From Haliotis cracherodii (taxonomy: Eukaryota): a stretch of DNA of 64,000 nt. The DNA lies in the NCBI RefSeq assembly GCF_022045235.1, contig NW_027266308.1:48794001-48858000 (forward strand), written 5' to 3'. The notes below the pieces were generated by a model. That model made no database searches, was not told where the DNA came from, and saw only the letters and a list, made by a program, of their open reading frames with translations. How positions within the stretch are numbered: the stretch's first letter is position 1; every line of letters begins with the position of its first letter. Of this stretch, positions 12,291 through 25,637 are shown piece after piece. Position numbers and translations under genes: made by a program.

Positions 12291-12399
12291 CTGACAACTT
12301 TCAAAAGTGTTTGGTAACAGAACGTACCCGAGTAACTGTTGTGATGAAGATGTAGATGTTTTGGCAACTGAAAACTAACTGCAATGATTTATAAATATG

Positions 12400-12500
12400 A
12401 CACGCCGACAGCAGAGCGTAATGGGTCCAGAATATCTGCCGAAACAGATTTCATTTGGCGTAAAAAGCAAAATGGTGATGAAAAGGATACGGACAAAACA
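12400..12500 (-). repeat. Dispersed repeat family E fragment
   Basis: Reverse complement ttttcatcaccattttgctttttacgccaaatgaaatctgtttcggcagata matches the 1060, 17720 and 48180 copies. Confidence 0.55.
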
Positions 12501-12934
12501 ACGTTGCTCTGGTGCATGCTGCATTATGAAAGAAAGGTCATTCACATTTGCTACAACGATTTGTAAAAGATTATTATGAATGAGAGTAGCGAAAGTGTGT
12601 GTCGGTCATTCACACTTGCTACAGGGACCGGTGAAAGAAAGTACAAGGTAACTATTTTGTTATGAATGAGAGTAACGATAGTGCGCGATTGTCGTTCAAA
12701 CCTGCTACAGCGATTGGTTAAAGACCGTAACCCAGTTACTAATAACTCTTGCGAAAGCGTTTCGTTTATTCTTGACCCAAGATTAACTGTCGTGAATCAG
12801 ATTATCGACACAGTGCATCGCAAATTGTTCCTATTGAGGAACCCTATATGCTTAAGTTTGTTAAATTGCTTTCTGCTCAAACTGTATCTACCTTGGTCGC
12901 GTCATATTGAAATACGTTAAAAGATGGTAGTTGT

Positions 12935-13150
12935 TGTTACCCTGCCTGCAGCTGGCGCTCGGTTTAAAATGGGTAAACCAAGTCTTGGTCGGCTCGGAAT
13001 CAGTATAATGTGTCTGAGTTCAAATTTAATAGCGGTGTGGACAAGCACTGCAGAAACGACGCAAGTCCGGAGACACACAAACGCGCGCGCACTCGTGTCG
13101 CTATATAAGTGCAATAACCTTGAAAGCGACGTTAAACCCCATCTCACCTT
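12935..13150 (+). mobile_element. SINE family D (Meta-type), 5'-truncated
   Basis: cctgc..ctggcgctcgg...ggtcggctcggaatcagtataatgtgtctgagt...gcgacgttaaaccccatctcacct. Confidence 0.7.
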
Positions 13151-13840
13151 AATGCGTACGTTGCGTATTCTAGGAACTAAACTTTGAAGTGGTTTCTTCG
13201 AAGTGTTTCCTTCCACGTGAAGTTGTTGCTTAAATCAGCTTCATGTTTGATTTGAAACCACTGACTGACCAATCACATATGCGAATTCTCCACAGCCATG
13301 GAATAATATATATTATTTGTACCATTTATAGAACATGGTTTTGTTGGTATATGGCTTAAACATCTTGCGTTGGAAGTTTTTGCAATCCTCGACAGCAGCT
13401 GCTTGAAAACATGATGATGAAGATTAACCGTTCATTTCAGGACGTTGTATTACCCTGTCTGGTGTTAAATTAAGCTGACAGTGGAAAAAATATGCATTCT
13501 AAGGATTTAAACTTTCTTTATCTGAGATTAAACAATTTCGAAATTGTACGTTATCGGGTTATTGCCATTCCTCATTTAGAGTAGATTGAAAACAGAAAAA
13601 AAATTCAAGGTCCTTTTTTCAAAAAGACATGAAGCTACTTTGTCTGTGGTGACAAGTTGTTTATTACGTACACATTTATATGTGATCTATTGATCGATTT
13701 TAAATCCATATAGTCCATTTCATTGCAATTATTAGGATTTTTGAGTAAAATATACTTATAATACATTTACCGCTGTCTCGTATCGTTATCCAATGACAAA
13801 ATTCCGTTTCCCGAACATTATCCATTTCTGTGAGAATTTG

Positions 13841-14003
13841 GGGCGATGGGGTAGCCTGATGGTTAAAGCCGTCGGTCGTCACGCCAAAGTCCCGAGTTCG
13901 ATTTCCCAAAAGGGTACAATGTGTGAAGCCCATTTCTGGTGTCCCTCGCCGTGATATTGTTGGAATACTGATAAAAAGCGGCGTAAAAACATACTCACTC
14001 ACT
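13841..14003 (+). mobile_element. SINE family B (tRNA-Asp-like head, ~160 bp, (ACTC)n tail)
   Basis: A-box-like tagcctgatgg, B-box-like gagttcgatttcc, anticodon-loop-like cgtcac, tail gcggcgtaaaaacatactcactcact. Confidence 0.85.
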
Positions 14004-14554
14004 TTATGAGTAATTTTACGAGACCTGTTATACATCCCCTGTATGATGGCTTACCTGACAGGTATATGGAAAACAAACGGATTAAGATAAACACCCACCC
14101 AAGGTAATTAGTGTCACCTGAAGGCTTCGTGATGATAACGGATCCCTACACATATAACTCAAGCTTCCTAAGGAATTATGACACAGATAGGTTACTTATC
14201 AACGATTTCCGTGATCTTCAACGTCAACAAGTACTTAACCCCCTGTGTGCCATAAGGAGTGGCGTTGCTGGCATGAGGTAACACGGCCATGGAGAATAAC
14301 GCACCGCCATTTGCGACGTTGAAACGAAAGAATTCTTGTCTGTTATGTCAATCATGGTTTAATTCAGAGGTAGTTCTGGCATAAATGAGAAAGGTGTTAT
14401 ACTATTTGTGTTTAAAGCTGTAATCAAAGTAAATTTTGAGATCATTTTAAGTTAACTGAGTGAGTGATTGTAATTAACATCAATTATGAAAAACAAAAAC
14501 AAGCTAGTGCCAATGTTAGTCTTATGGCTGATATCGTATGTTTCACTTCACTAA

Positions 14555-14692
14555 CTCAGTGAGTTAGGTTTAACGCCTCTTAAAGTAATATTCCGGCAAT
14601 ATCACGGCGGAAAAGCTGTTCGAAAAGCTGGCTGAGCACATTGTACCAATGTGAAGAATCGAACTAGAGTTTGACAACGTTAAGCTACCCCA
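14555..14692 (-). mobile_element. SINE family B, degenerate
   Basis: gtgagttaggtttaacgcc...cacattgtaccaatgtgaagaatcgaac. Confidence 0.6.
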
Positions 14693-16075
14693 CGGGACTA
14701 TAGCACATATGTTTATTCGTGTGTTTGTATGTATATTATTTGTATACTTATAATCTTACATAATGTTTTATAATATATATTTTATAGCTGAATATAGCTG
14801 TGGAGGCGGAGTGCATTGATACCCTTCTAATTTGGTTCATTTCCAGATGGTCTTCAAAGATTCATGTTTCTGTAATCATAAAATCAGTTGATTCATGTGC
14901 TAATTACTTTCAACCTTTCAGTGGAGTACTTGTGGAAAAAATATAATTTTATTACAATTTTATTTCATCCTTAATTACTTAAATTGAACTCAACACTGTA
15001 GGTCAACAAATAATTTATTCAAAGCATGACCGCAATAGAAATCCTACAAAAATCAGTTACGTGTACGAGTGTCTCTGATTCGCATGTCTAAATGACTTCT
15101 TTGCATGTCCACTGAACATTTTATTGCCAATATCAAAAGTCCCTTTATAAATTATTCTTATTGATACACCAGAAAACGTCAAATATTATTGGAATGAAAC
15201 TAGATCATCCCGAATATAGTGGTAGGCTTTTGCTTTTCTATCTTGATTCGTTTTTTTAACCAAAGAATATCGTGCTCTCAAAGGAGTTTAAAAGGCTAAC
15301 GGGGCAAATGACAAACGGGTTAAAGCCTTTGGGGGCCGTAGGCCTCGAAATTTATACTATTTTGTCGCGTGGCCCTCATACACACTAGCGTATTTGAAGG
15401 CAGATACTTAGCACTGAAGTGAGGTGAGGTTGATGGATGTGTTCTTGGGTTGATTAACGGTTGTATTTCGTGTACAGTGAAAAGATGTTGTCATGTATGA
15501 AGAGGAGTAGGATGGAGGGGTCGTGATTTATCATCCCTGAAATAGCTTAATTTGAATTAGACATAAATGTATGCAGCATAGTTTAATCTTTGCTATTAAA
15601 ATTTGAAAATGCAATAGCTTCAGGAGAATACTTAATTTTTATTACAGAAAATGTAAAAAAGATCCTTTACAGGATAAAGTTATAAAATATCCTTTGCCAA
15701 GTTACAGAGTATTAACGGTGCTTGCTACTTTAACTGTAATACTGGGAGGGTGATATGCACATTATAATTTGAGATTTTATGCGATAGATTGGATACTTTA
15801 TAATTGTGTGTATATTTAAAATAGAAAAATGAATCGGACATACTATTTGTAACTGATTTGACTGAAATTTAAAATCTTTACAGAGGCATTGAATGTTGTA
15901 ACCCTGATCAAACAAGGGGTGGGTGCGTAAAGTTGGGTTCAACGTTACTATCGACAATGTTTCATATATATTACGATGTTTCAGCTGCATGTGAGAGGAA
16001 GTTCCAAGACGTTTGCTGAAACGTGAGCCACTAGTAGGGATTTGAACCACTTGGCAACAGACGCCATATTTTTAA

Positions 16076-16305
16076 GTGAGTGAGCTGGGTTTAACGCCGC
16101 TTTTAACTGTATTCCAGTGATATCATGGCGTATCAGCTTAAGGTGGGAGAAAAGCCCGAAGTGACGCAGGTCCGAGCACAGGTATTGTGCTGACAAACCC
16201 AGAATTGCGGCGAACCAGAATTCGAACCCACAATCATAGGAGTCGGTGCCCATCAGACGCAACTCTGCACAGCGAATTTAGATATCTGGGCCACCCGTGC
16301 CTCCC
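16076..16305 (-). mobile_element. SINE family C (tRNA-Leu/Ser-like head), internally deleted
   Basis: Aligns to the 24250, 35154 and 61336 copies. Confidence 0.85.
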
Positions 16306-17669
16306 TTTATTTGAGGAGTACTATCCATGAGAAATGATTAGCAGTAAATATTATTGATTTGTAAGCTACTACTTATTATTTCAAAACAAGGGGGCTGTAT
16401 GTCATTCATTGGATTTACGATTGGTCAGGGTAGGGTAACCGTAATCGTTGATTGCAATCAATCACACGAACATCACTTCGAACATTTAGAGGTTCAAAAC
16501 CTTTCTACATCACGACTTTGAGAACGAAGGAAACTTAAACCTGTATCATGTAAATATTCCTTAAATAACAATGTCCAGGGTTTTATTAGTGTGGGTGTCA
16601 GATTGGCTGGTCTCTAATAACGTTTGTTCTGCCCTATCAAACCAAACATAACAGGCAAACGTACTTAACTCTGATCGAACAGTATTTTCATATCAATCGT
16701 TATTATCGTCTTAATACGGTATCGATAAAAGCGTGATATTGTTATCACCGTGTTCACATGCATTTATACAGTAATTGCCATATTTATGTTAATTTGCTGA
16801 CACTAATGAGGTCCAAAGATAACTGAAACACCAAGAACACCACAATATATTCACAGACATACTCGTCCTGAAATAGCGGGGACTAATTCCCATTGTCGCG
16901 TGGGCTGGATAAATTGCAATTCTTTGTTGCTGTTTCCCTTATCACTGACAAACATTTCACTACGAAAATCTCAATGACGAGCGTGCGAAACTACGATCAA
17001 AATTAAACGTCTGAAGATAAAACCACGTGGTCTGAGATAGAGCAGGTTCGCAGAAACTGCAGAGGTGTAATCTGATTGGAAGAAAGTCGTGAAGATTCGG
17101 AACATCCGGCGCCTGTAAAACTTTTAAATATTACAAACATAATCGTGTTTGCTGTACTGATAAAATATCAGCTATTATATAACTTCCAGAAACAATAGAG
17201 TATGAAATGGATTGACCTGTCAATCACAATTATGGCATAAACGGATAACGCGTGTGTTGACGGTTTACAGTTTAATCCGAGAACAACCGTTCGTATCTGA
17301 TAAAGCGACCCAGAGTATTAGAGCGTATTAGTCAAGAGGGTTATGCGAACATTGGCAGAGGTGTTTGACATTTTAGGGGGCTATCTGAACGCCTCGAGGG
17401 CCTGCCTCTCCCCTGACGTATGATACGAATATTAATGGCAGATAATACATGTCATGCCTACATAGCCGCGATAGATCCGTAACGCCATCTTGAATTATTG
17501 AGGACATTTAAAATGCCAATGCAAGAGAATAACCAGTCTTGGATATTCGCCAAAATAGATCCAATTTGCGTAACGGTAACGGTAATTTTGGAAAGTTATA
17601 TATGTAGTTATATGTTGTAATAATATGTCAGTCAGAGCGCATGGTAGACATTAGGTTATTTAGATCTTG

Positions 17670-17800
17670 TTTACAACACCTAGCGTCATCACAGGTTTTC
17701 AGTGATCCATTCATAGAATTTTCTCCACTATTTTGCATTTAACGCCCAATGTTATCTGTTTCGGCGGAAAATCGAGACTGGTTATTTTCTTGCGTCAATC
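17670..17800 (+). repeat. Dispersed repeat family E fragment
   Basis: aacacctagcgtcatcacaggttttcagtgatccattc...tctgtttcggcggaaaatcgagactgg. Confidence 0.6.
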
Positions 17801-17849
17801 TGTCACATACGCATTCCTTCTTCTGATCTTGTTGGTTCGGAGACTGCAA

Positions 17850-17970
17850 CCCGTACACGTTACATGGAAGACCCGGACTCGAATCCCCATATGCGTGTAA
17901 TGTGTAAAACCCCTCCTTGGTTTCCCCCGCCGTAATATAGCCGGTATATTGCTAAAAACGGTTTCAAAAT
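17850..17970 (+). mobile_element. SINE family B, degenerate
   Basis: gaagacccggactcgaatccccatatg...ccccgccgtaatatagccggtatattgctaaaa. Confidence 0.6.
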
Positions 17971-19674
17971 CAGATTTCTTGTACTAGATACTTTACCAGG
18001 CGACACAACCTTTTTTCTACATATCTACATCTACCCAGGACGTCGTGATATTACTTCAATATTCTTTAGAAACACGGGAAATATTACGACGCTGCACATA
18101 CAAACAAAATTAACCAAATTGAAATTAAATACATGTTACAAGGTAGTGCACAACCATTTACGCTTATATTTATGGACATAGACCAGATACCGTCCATACA
18201 ATTCAACAGGTTTTAGATTTCTCATATATCTTCCTGACACTGTTATCAATTTTGCTTGTACGTAATGCTACGCAATGTTAACAGTATCTTAGCCCAGCTG
18301 AATACCGATCTACTGGTTTCATGCAAATTCAAATTGTAATCATCATCTTCATCATCATCATAGTTCACTGCTAGGGACATCAATTAATTCAAATATAAAC
18401 GAATTTCATATTCTACTCTTGTGAAATGTAAAACTTTACAAGGTTATTGAGAAATGTAGTCGATATTGGTTGAATGATGCTACAGAAATATTGAGTTGTT
18501 TACGAGAGTGGAAAAGGGCCAAATTGAAACACCCTAAGGGTCTTACGGTTGCTTACGCTTTACACAGAAACGTATTGGCAGAAGCTGATATTAGTCTTCC
18601 CTCTATACATACGGGAAAATATTGCAAGAATAAATATTTTCTTTAATATACACAACGAGGAAATGAATTTACTGTTTTCTGTTTCATACTTTCCTGGTGG
18701 GAAATGTAGCCACCTGAAAGATGAAGTTAACAAAAAACACATCCACAGCTCAATAATCAAAGACCACACTGGCTATGGCGTTTCAACACATTGTGTTTAT
18801 TGAAGTAAACGGGGATAGCTTTGACAATGAGCTGGACGATGTTCTCACAGCAGTGAATAGCGAAAAAAACTATACAAATAGCAGGTGCTTTATCATAAGC
18901 AATTGCTACTATTGTAGTGGTCAACTATCTTGACCATAACAATGACCACTCTTTGATTGACTGGACACCTATCTCCTTCATTGTTGATGGGCTGTATTGT
19001 CGTGGTTTCAGGGTCATTTGAGAGGGATCCCAAATGGCCACGTCATTATTTAGTTTAGACCCAGGCCTACTCGTATCATATACCTCAAGATGAAGAATCT
19101 TTTGTTAATACGAAAGTAATTCTTGTCAAAGGTGTGAAAAGTAGTCTTTGATATATCAACCATAATAGGATCGCTCTACATGTTTGAAAAGATGCGAGTT
19201 TCTGTACTCATCGTCTTTAGTCATCCTGATAGAAAAACAAGATGATTCTCTGGAGACTCTGTTGTGGCTATTTCTGTCTGGACGAGCAACTTGATATTTC
19301 CTTACAGGTTGAATAGTCTCACTAAATGTCCACTTATGTCCAGTCTGTGATGGACATAGTATCCTGACCTCTAGTGGACACTGTCTGGCCGAGGACACTT
19401 CCATGTAATCTTATTTGCGTGCGTCTTTCTCCGGTTGACATGGAGGAAATAACACGTCTTTTATTCTTTTTTTTATTAATTTAATTCGTCAATGCTTCGT
19501 GGTAGTTCATATGTGTAGATATTCTGATGTGTTACATTCTTTGTTGTAGCTTGTGAAGATATTTTTTAATATTTTTGATAAAACCTTTTCAAATACGAAG
19601 TTATTGAATTACACTGTTGATTTCCCTTGATCTTTCATAGTCAGAGTTGTTGATATAATATTTGAAAATATGAA

Positions 19675-19810
19675 TGATTGAGTTTGTGAATATTGTTTTA
19701 TCCCGCTTCTCGCCATATTCCAGCTATATCACGATGGAGGACATCAAGATGAGTTTACACATTGTGGAACGAAAATCTTGAACGTGACGGGCGAATGTTC
19801 AAACCACTAT
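19675..19810 (-). mobile_element. SINE family B, degenerate
   Basis: atattccagctatatcacg...cacattgt...cgtgacgggcgaatgttcaaaccacta. Confidence 0.55.
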
Positions 19811-21489
19811 GTCAAATCTCCATTGGAATTAATGACGTTTAGGTTTCAAAAAGCTCACGTCTATTCTAAACATTTGAAGTGCCATCTCGGTATGGAATAT
19901 AATGTAGACGATGAAATATAAAAACTTAACAAGTTTGGAACTAGTTGCGGCTTCAAATGAGATAAACCTACGCATCTTATAACTGAACACCGAAAAACAA
20001 TCAAAAGTCTTAACTCACCTGACCAAGGGTTATTCCATAACAAACATAACATTTGTCAAATAAAATACAAGAAATCATTTAATGAGAACCAAAGGAAGAA
20101 CCAGTATATAAAGTAAATGTCCTATGCTGATCTGGACCAATGTTCCCAGGCTTTACGTACACCTATTGTGTGAGGTCTTCATAACAAAATACAATAGTAT
20201 AAGCACATGATATTTGATGCCATGTCTCCAGCACCATCTCAACGCTTGTTGTCCAAGACAAGGACACAGACAGAAAAAACTCAGGGTTCTCTTAAGTGGG
20301 ATGTATTTGGTTACCCCTGTCCAAAGCTTTCTCTATCCATTGCCCATGGTCATTGTAAGGAAAGGCTTAACTTCAAGGGTCAGCTGAATTGTCGATGGTT
20401 GATTAAAATATCTATTGACCTCAAGGGTCGGGAAGAACGGATTGAAGTTGTAGATGGGGTGGCTAAAATATCCCTTGACCTGAAGTGTTTGGTGGAGAGT
20501 TTCTAGATGTAGTTGTTCTTCGTAAAACTGTCTGTTGACCTTAAATGACATTTGAATTGGGAACAGGTGATGTCTATGGGAACGAAGGTTTTCTGTGTGT
20601 AGATTTTGGACAGAAGAGTGTTGGATATCACAAAATATATTGAGAGTATTGAGAGACGTGTCAGTATCTACAAAACTTGATTTGTGTAGCGTTTATATGT
20701 ACCAATACCAAATCTTACTTAAATATGTACTACTTTATTACGTAAGTGAGTAAGTTCGGTTTAACTCCGCTTAACAGGTGTGTCAGTTTAATGTGGCAGG
20801 AAAGTCTGTAACGGGTCGTAGACATTTACCGCTTGATGAACTCCTCTAGTATGGATGTGACGCTAAAAGACCAAGGATCTAAGCCGAGGTTGTTAACCGC
20901 GACCAGCGAATCCTGGCACGTCTAAGTCACGTAACTCTGTCCGTCAAATTGATGCTCTTTAGGGAACAGTATCACCTATGTCCATAAGAAACTGATGATC
21001 ACTATTGTGTTTAGGAACGTGTTTCAGGTCTTTTAATACGCTACAGGACATCATCTACAAAGAAGTGCCAGCGTTCATCCTGTACACACATGGGGGTAAA
21101 TTGGGCAATGCCTTTTTCTACTGCTATAATAAGGAGGCCTGTTAGTAATCGAGTCTTTGCCAGGAATACCAATGTGGATAGGATGAGCAACGAGCAACGT
21201 TGTCGGGGTACAATGGCACATGATCCGTCATATCACATTTTGTAACCTCCCGATCTTCATTTCAGATGTATATTAAGAGTGAGTGAGTGAGTAAAATTTA
21301 ACGTCACATCGGAAGTATTTCAGCCATATCGTGACTGCCTATTAAGATAAGAATGAAGTGTGGGAGACCTATTCTGCCTGTATTCCCAAAAGGCATTGTC
21401 AGTATTGCAAAGTGTTGCAAAGGATGTGTTGACAAATATGGATCTTTATTTCTCTCAATCCGAAAATATATCAACATTAACAGCTTCAT

Positions 21490-21600
21490 ACAATGATGAT
21501 CCTTTCATAACAGTTTCACCGCTACTTTGCCATTTACACCCAATGGAATCTGTTTCGCTGGATAATCAAGACTGGATATTCTCTGGTGTTGACATTTCAT
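21490..21600 (+). repeat. Dispersed repeat family E fragment
   Basis: tttcaccgctactttgccatttacacccaatggaatctgtttcgctggataatcaagactgg. Confidence 0.6.
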
Positions 21601-22884
21601 ATTTAAGCTTTTAACCGAGGCAAATGTAATTTGTATTATCAAGACAAAGAAATCGAATACAAACATGAATATTATGTAATTGTCATAATTAATTTTAAAA
21701 GTCATTTAATAGTCTTTCATTTAAACTACGTAAACGGCATCCTTTTGTCTAAAAGCATTATTGTCAAAACAAAAGACTATTATTTTTATGATCAGACTAC
21801 AAGGACACCCAACCTGAGAACTATATCATATCGAACGCGTAAACACCGTTGTCACAGTAGAACAAACCCAGACATATCATTTATACCTTTTCTAGATTAC
21901 TACACTTGTTAATTTCTCCTTTCTACGGGGCAGTACATCATTAAGACGGCTCATTTAGTTGTCATTACTAAAATAGCATAATCAATGGCCAAGCGTCGAT
22001 TTCGTCTGTCTCGTTCATTGTAATTACCGTTACCTTCATCAACGTACTGCGATGATCCCACAGTGACTGTTGTGTAACTGTTAATGAACAGTAAATCTAA
22101 TGTGTTCATGGGTGTCAATATGGAAGGCGACAGATGCGCCCCTGGTTAACGTATATGGATATATGTAATGTGTTTACTATTGATTAAGTGTAATTAATGC
22201 TTTGTATGCTTACGTTTAGAGTGCATAAACTATGAGATGCATTTCGGTAATGGCGCGCCGTTGCATATATATTTCACATTATTGAATCTTTTCATTTGTC
22301 TCCATCAGGCTGTTTTGGCGAACAATGTCGCCGTATTTGCCTCCGTGCTATTCCTTTGTTATGAACGTGATCAATACTGGGAAGATGTCTTTCAGAGAAG
22401 AGATGGATACTTAGCTTGAAAGGAATATGCATTATATAGGTGTCGATGGGTTTAAGTGAAAAGGTATTTATTTCAACGGATTGCAGATATAGATCCAATT
22501 ATAAACATTTTGTTACATAATCCATTTCAGTGTTACGGTGATATAGAAAGTGTACTTTCTTAAATTGATCCTTTAAGTGCTCAGAGACTAAGGGCTCATC
22601 TCGATCTGATTATTGATGTCGGGACGTTGCAAGTAACATTAATGTTCCGACATGCACGGGTTAACTTGAACTCTGATCGTTTAATAACAGGACAAGGTTC
22701 GATGGCAGTTGGTCATGAAATGAATCCCGTTTGTGTTTAGTATCAAAGAATTGGGTCATGACGACCGCGTTTGACATGACTCAAAACTGACCATTCGTCT
22801 TGTTATTCGTCCATCATGACGAAATAAATTTTCAGTTATAGATTCTGTAAACCGACACACAGCTGCTTTGGTCACGTTGTAATC

Positions 22885-23095
22885 GCGTGGCACAGTGGTC
22901 TAAAGTGACGAAATTTTGCTGTACCGAGTTGCGTCCCTTTGGCGTGCGAAAACCCGCTGATCACAGGTTCGTATTCATAATGTGCTACGATTTCGATATT
23001 TGAACCACACACGTGCGTGTGGGTTTACAAAGTGGTACACGTCCACGATCTGCATAGGGTTTTCCTCCTATATCAAGCAGAAACTCACTCATTCA
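22885..23095 (+). mobile_element. SINE family C, old divergent copy
   Basis: gtggcacagtggtctaaagtg...gagttgcgtccctttggcgtg...ggttcgtattc...ttcctcc...actcactcattca. Confidence 0.65.
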
Positions 23096-23629
23096 TACAC
23101 CGTGTAATATGTTGCTCTTTCCGAGTGTTCTTGTTCTTCAGTATTCTTCTGGTGCTATGAAAATATTACTGTGGGTTTTCGTTCTATGCCGTTGTGTGCA
23201 ATATTACAGTCATGCCATGCTTTAGACGCCGTAACCGTATGGGGAATCGAACCTGGTGTTCCGCGTAAGGCGACAACGCTTTAACCTCTTGGCTATCCCG
23301 TCGCCCGATGACACGTGGGTGGCTGTGAGAGTTGGGGTATTAAATTTAGACAGGAAGGGTGTCCCAATTTAACACAGCGTTAGTGATGCTGATGGTGTGT
23401 GAGTCGGTGATTCCTGTTGTGTTTCAGTCATACCAGACGTCTCGTTTAAAAGGGAGATGATCAACTTAGATGTGGTGCTGACAAACGAAGATATATGAAG
23501 CTGAGGTTCGAACCCACAACCAAGGAATCCTGCAGCTGAGGATCAACACATGTAAACCTTGTCCACCTTGATTTATAAGCCGTTTTATCCTTCTTCGCGC
23601 GATCATTTTATCAACATTGAAGAGGAACT

Positions 23630-23945
23630 TAAAAGTGGTTTAACGTCGCCTTCAAGACTATTGCACTTGTGTAGCGAAGTGCATGCACGTGTGTGTGGTT
23701 GCTTGATTTATGCCGGTTTTATAATACTAGACCACTGAAACATCATGCCTCACTTCAACATGGATACCCAACTCAGACATATTACTGACTCCGAGCCGAG
23801 ACATTGTTTGTTACCCTCAATGCCGAGCGCCAAGCAGAGTAATAGTAAGAACCATCCTTCAGCATATTTTGATATGATGTGGACAGTGGATCGAACCAAC
23901 GACCTTCTGCTCTCTGGGTGGACGCCTTATCCATTAGAGCGGTCC
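23630..23945 (-). mobile_element. SINE family D (tRNA head plus Meta-like domain), near full length
   Basis: The reverse complement has a B-box ggttcgatcc followed by catatcaaaa...gatggt...ctctgcttggcgctcggcattgaggg, resembling the Meta domain of MetaSINEs (recalled, not searched). Confidence 0.7.
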
Positions 23946-24249
23946 AAAAATATACTGTAAAATATACACGATAGTTTATAAACCATTCACCTTATCAATA
24001 AACTACATAGGGTTCATTATGTGTCATGTTCAAACGGAACGCTAATAAGCTGTTCATCGATTCAATGTTGTGTTGTAAAATATAATTAAAAACACATAAA
24101 AAGTTGAAATGTTCATGAGAGGTCAATAGCGTAAATTGAAATTGAAATCAACAAGTTGCACATAAAAACAACAATGTAGAAACAGCTGGCATTGTTTTCT
24201 ACAGAAACGTTTTGACTATTTGAACCAGGCGGCCAAGCTGTTTTAAGTA

Positions 24250-24494
24250 GTGAGTGAGTGAGTCTGGTTTAACGCCACTTTTAACAGTATTCCAGTCATA
24301 TCGCGGCGTGTCAGCTTAGTGTGGGAGAAAAGCCCGAAGTGATGCAGGTCGCAGACGTTTAACCACTACGGTGAAACCCACGAGCACGGGTATGGTGCTG
24401 ACAAACCTAGAAACATAATCGGGGCGAACCGGGATTCGAACCCACAATCATAGGTTTCTGGCGTGCCCAAGACGACTGGGCCACCCGTGCCCCC
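24250..24494 (-). mobile_element. SINE family C
   Basis: 12-bp TSD ctgttttaagta at 24238-24249 and 24495-24506; (GAGT)n tail. Confidence 0.92.
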
Positions 24495-24857
24495 CTGTTT
24501 TAAGTACACTTACCACATATACATCTAGAAAAGGTCGTGCACCATCTATACTTTTCATGTTTCCCGAACTTGGGAATGTCCACATGTGATATTGATCTCG
24601 TTTTTTAAATGTTTACTATACCACCAATACAGGTTGAGAACTTGGTACAAGATCAATGTAGGTTTCTCAGGATGGTCGCAAGTTCTGAACCAGAGTTTAT
24701 GAAGAAGAGCTGTAAAATAAGTGTTGCCACGGAGACTGTTACAAAACCGTTGATGTTATCAAATAATGGATTCCGGTTTCTCTATTTCAAAATGTGTATG
24801 TCAAACACAAATGTGTCTGGTCAGGATGCAAGTTCCAATAATTGGTATTTTATGAGA

Positions 24858-24970
24858 TATATACTCCTCAAAAGAAACACCCAATTCGTTCAGTATACTG
24901 CCATGACAGGTAAACTATAGCAAAATGAAACAATTGGGTGTGTATTAACTTCTTTTGAGTAGCATATATA
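24858..24970. mobile_element. Miniature Tc1-like inverted-repeat element
   Basis: TA-flanked TIRs tatactcctcaaaagaa..acacccaatt / aattgggtgtg..ttcttttgagtagcatata. Related ends at ~51905-51922 and ~52746. Confidence 0.6.
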
Positions 24971-25321
24971 GTAAGTAGTGCTTAACCTTTTCCCCAGTAT
25001 ATAAGTATGCACATATATGGGCACCTTTACAACATCCCTTACGCGCGTGTAGTTTTACATTGACAATTCAAGTCATGTAAAAGATTTCTGATAAAGGCGA
25101 CTATATTTGTTTTCTTTACACACATATCCAGCCCACCCTTACTTACCTATCAGCTCAAATATTTTGAAATGTACTTTTACAGACACCCCTTCTCCAGATC
25201 GAGTCTATATCAGCCCGCCACGGAGAAATATAACGAGCATAGCTTTTAGTTAGAAATATACGGGCTATATGTAATCCCTTGGGTATTCGGAAAAGAGTAA
25301 GTTTTAAATAAATAACTTAAC

Positions 25322-25508
25322 TGTTACACCAGATTTTAACTCTAGAGGCCAAGGTTTCACTTTATGAAATAAGCTTGAACATTATTTATGTATTTATTTA
25401 TTTATTTATCTAGAAAATATAATTAAAATAAAAAACTTTAAATTTATAAGTCTTTTGTGTCATGTTACACCAGATTTTAACTCTGGAAGCCATGGTTTCA
25501 CTTTATGG
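25322..25508. repeat. ~141-bp tandem duplication abutting an assembly gap
   Basis: tgttacaccagattttaactct...ggtttcactttatg at 25322 and 25463. Confidence 0.7.
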
Positions 25509-25637
25509 NNNNNNNNNNNNNNNNNNNNNNNNNNNNNNNNNNNNNNNNNNNNNNNNNNNNNNNNNNNNNNNNNNNNNNNNNNNNNNNNNNNNNNNNNNNN
25601 NNNNNNNNNNNNNNNNNNNNNNNNNNNNNNNNNNNNN
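25509..25637. other. Assembly gap (N run)
   Basis: N bases. Confidence 1.

Noticed and set aside
18830-19470. Possible decayed ORF on the minus strand
   Set aside because: No recognisable motif or consistent splice structure.
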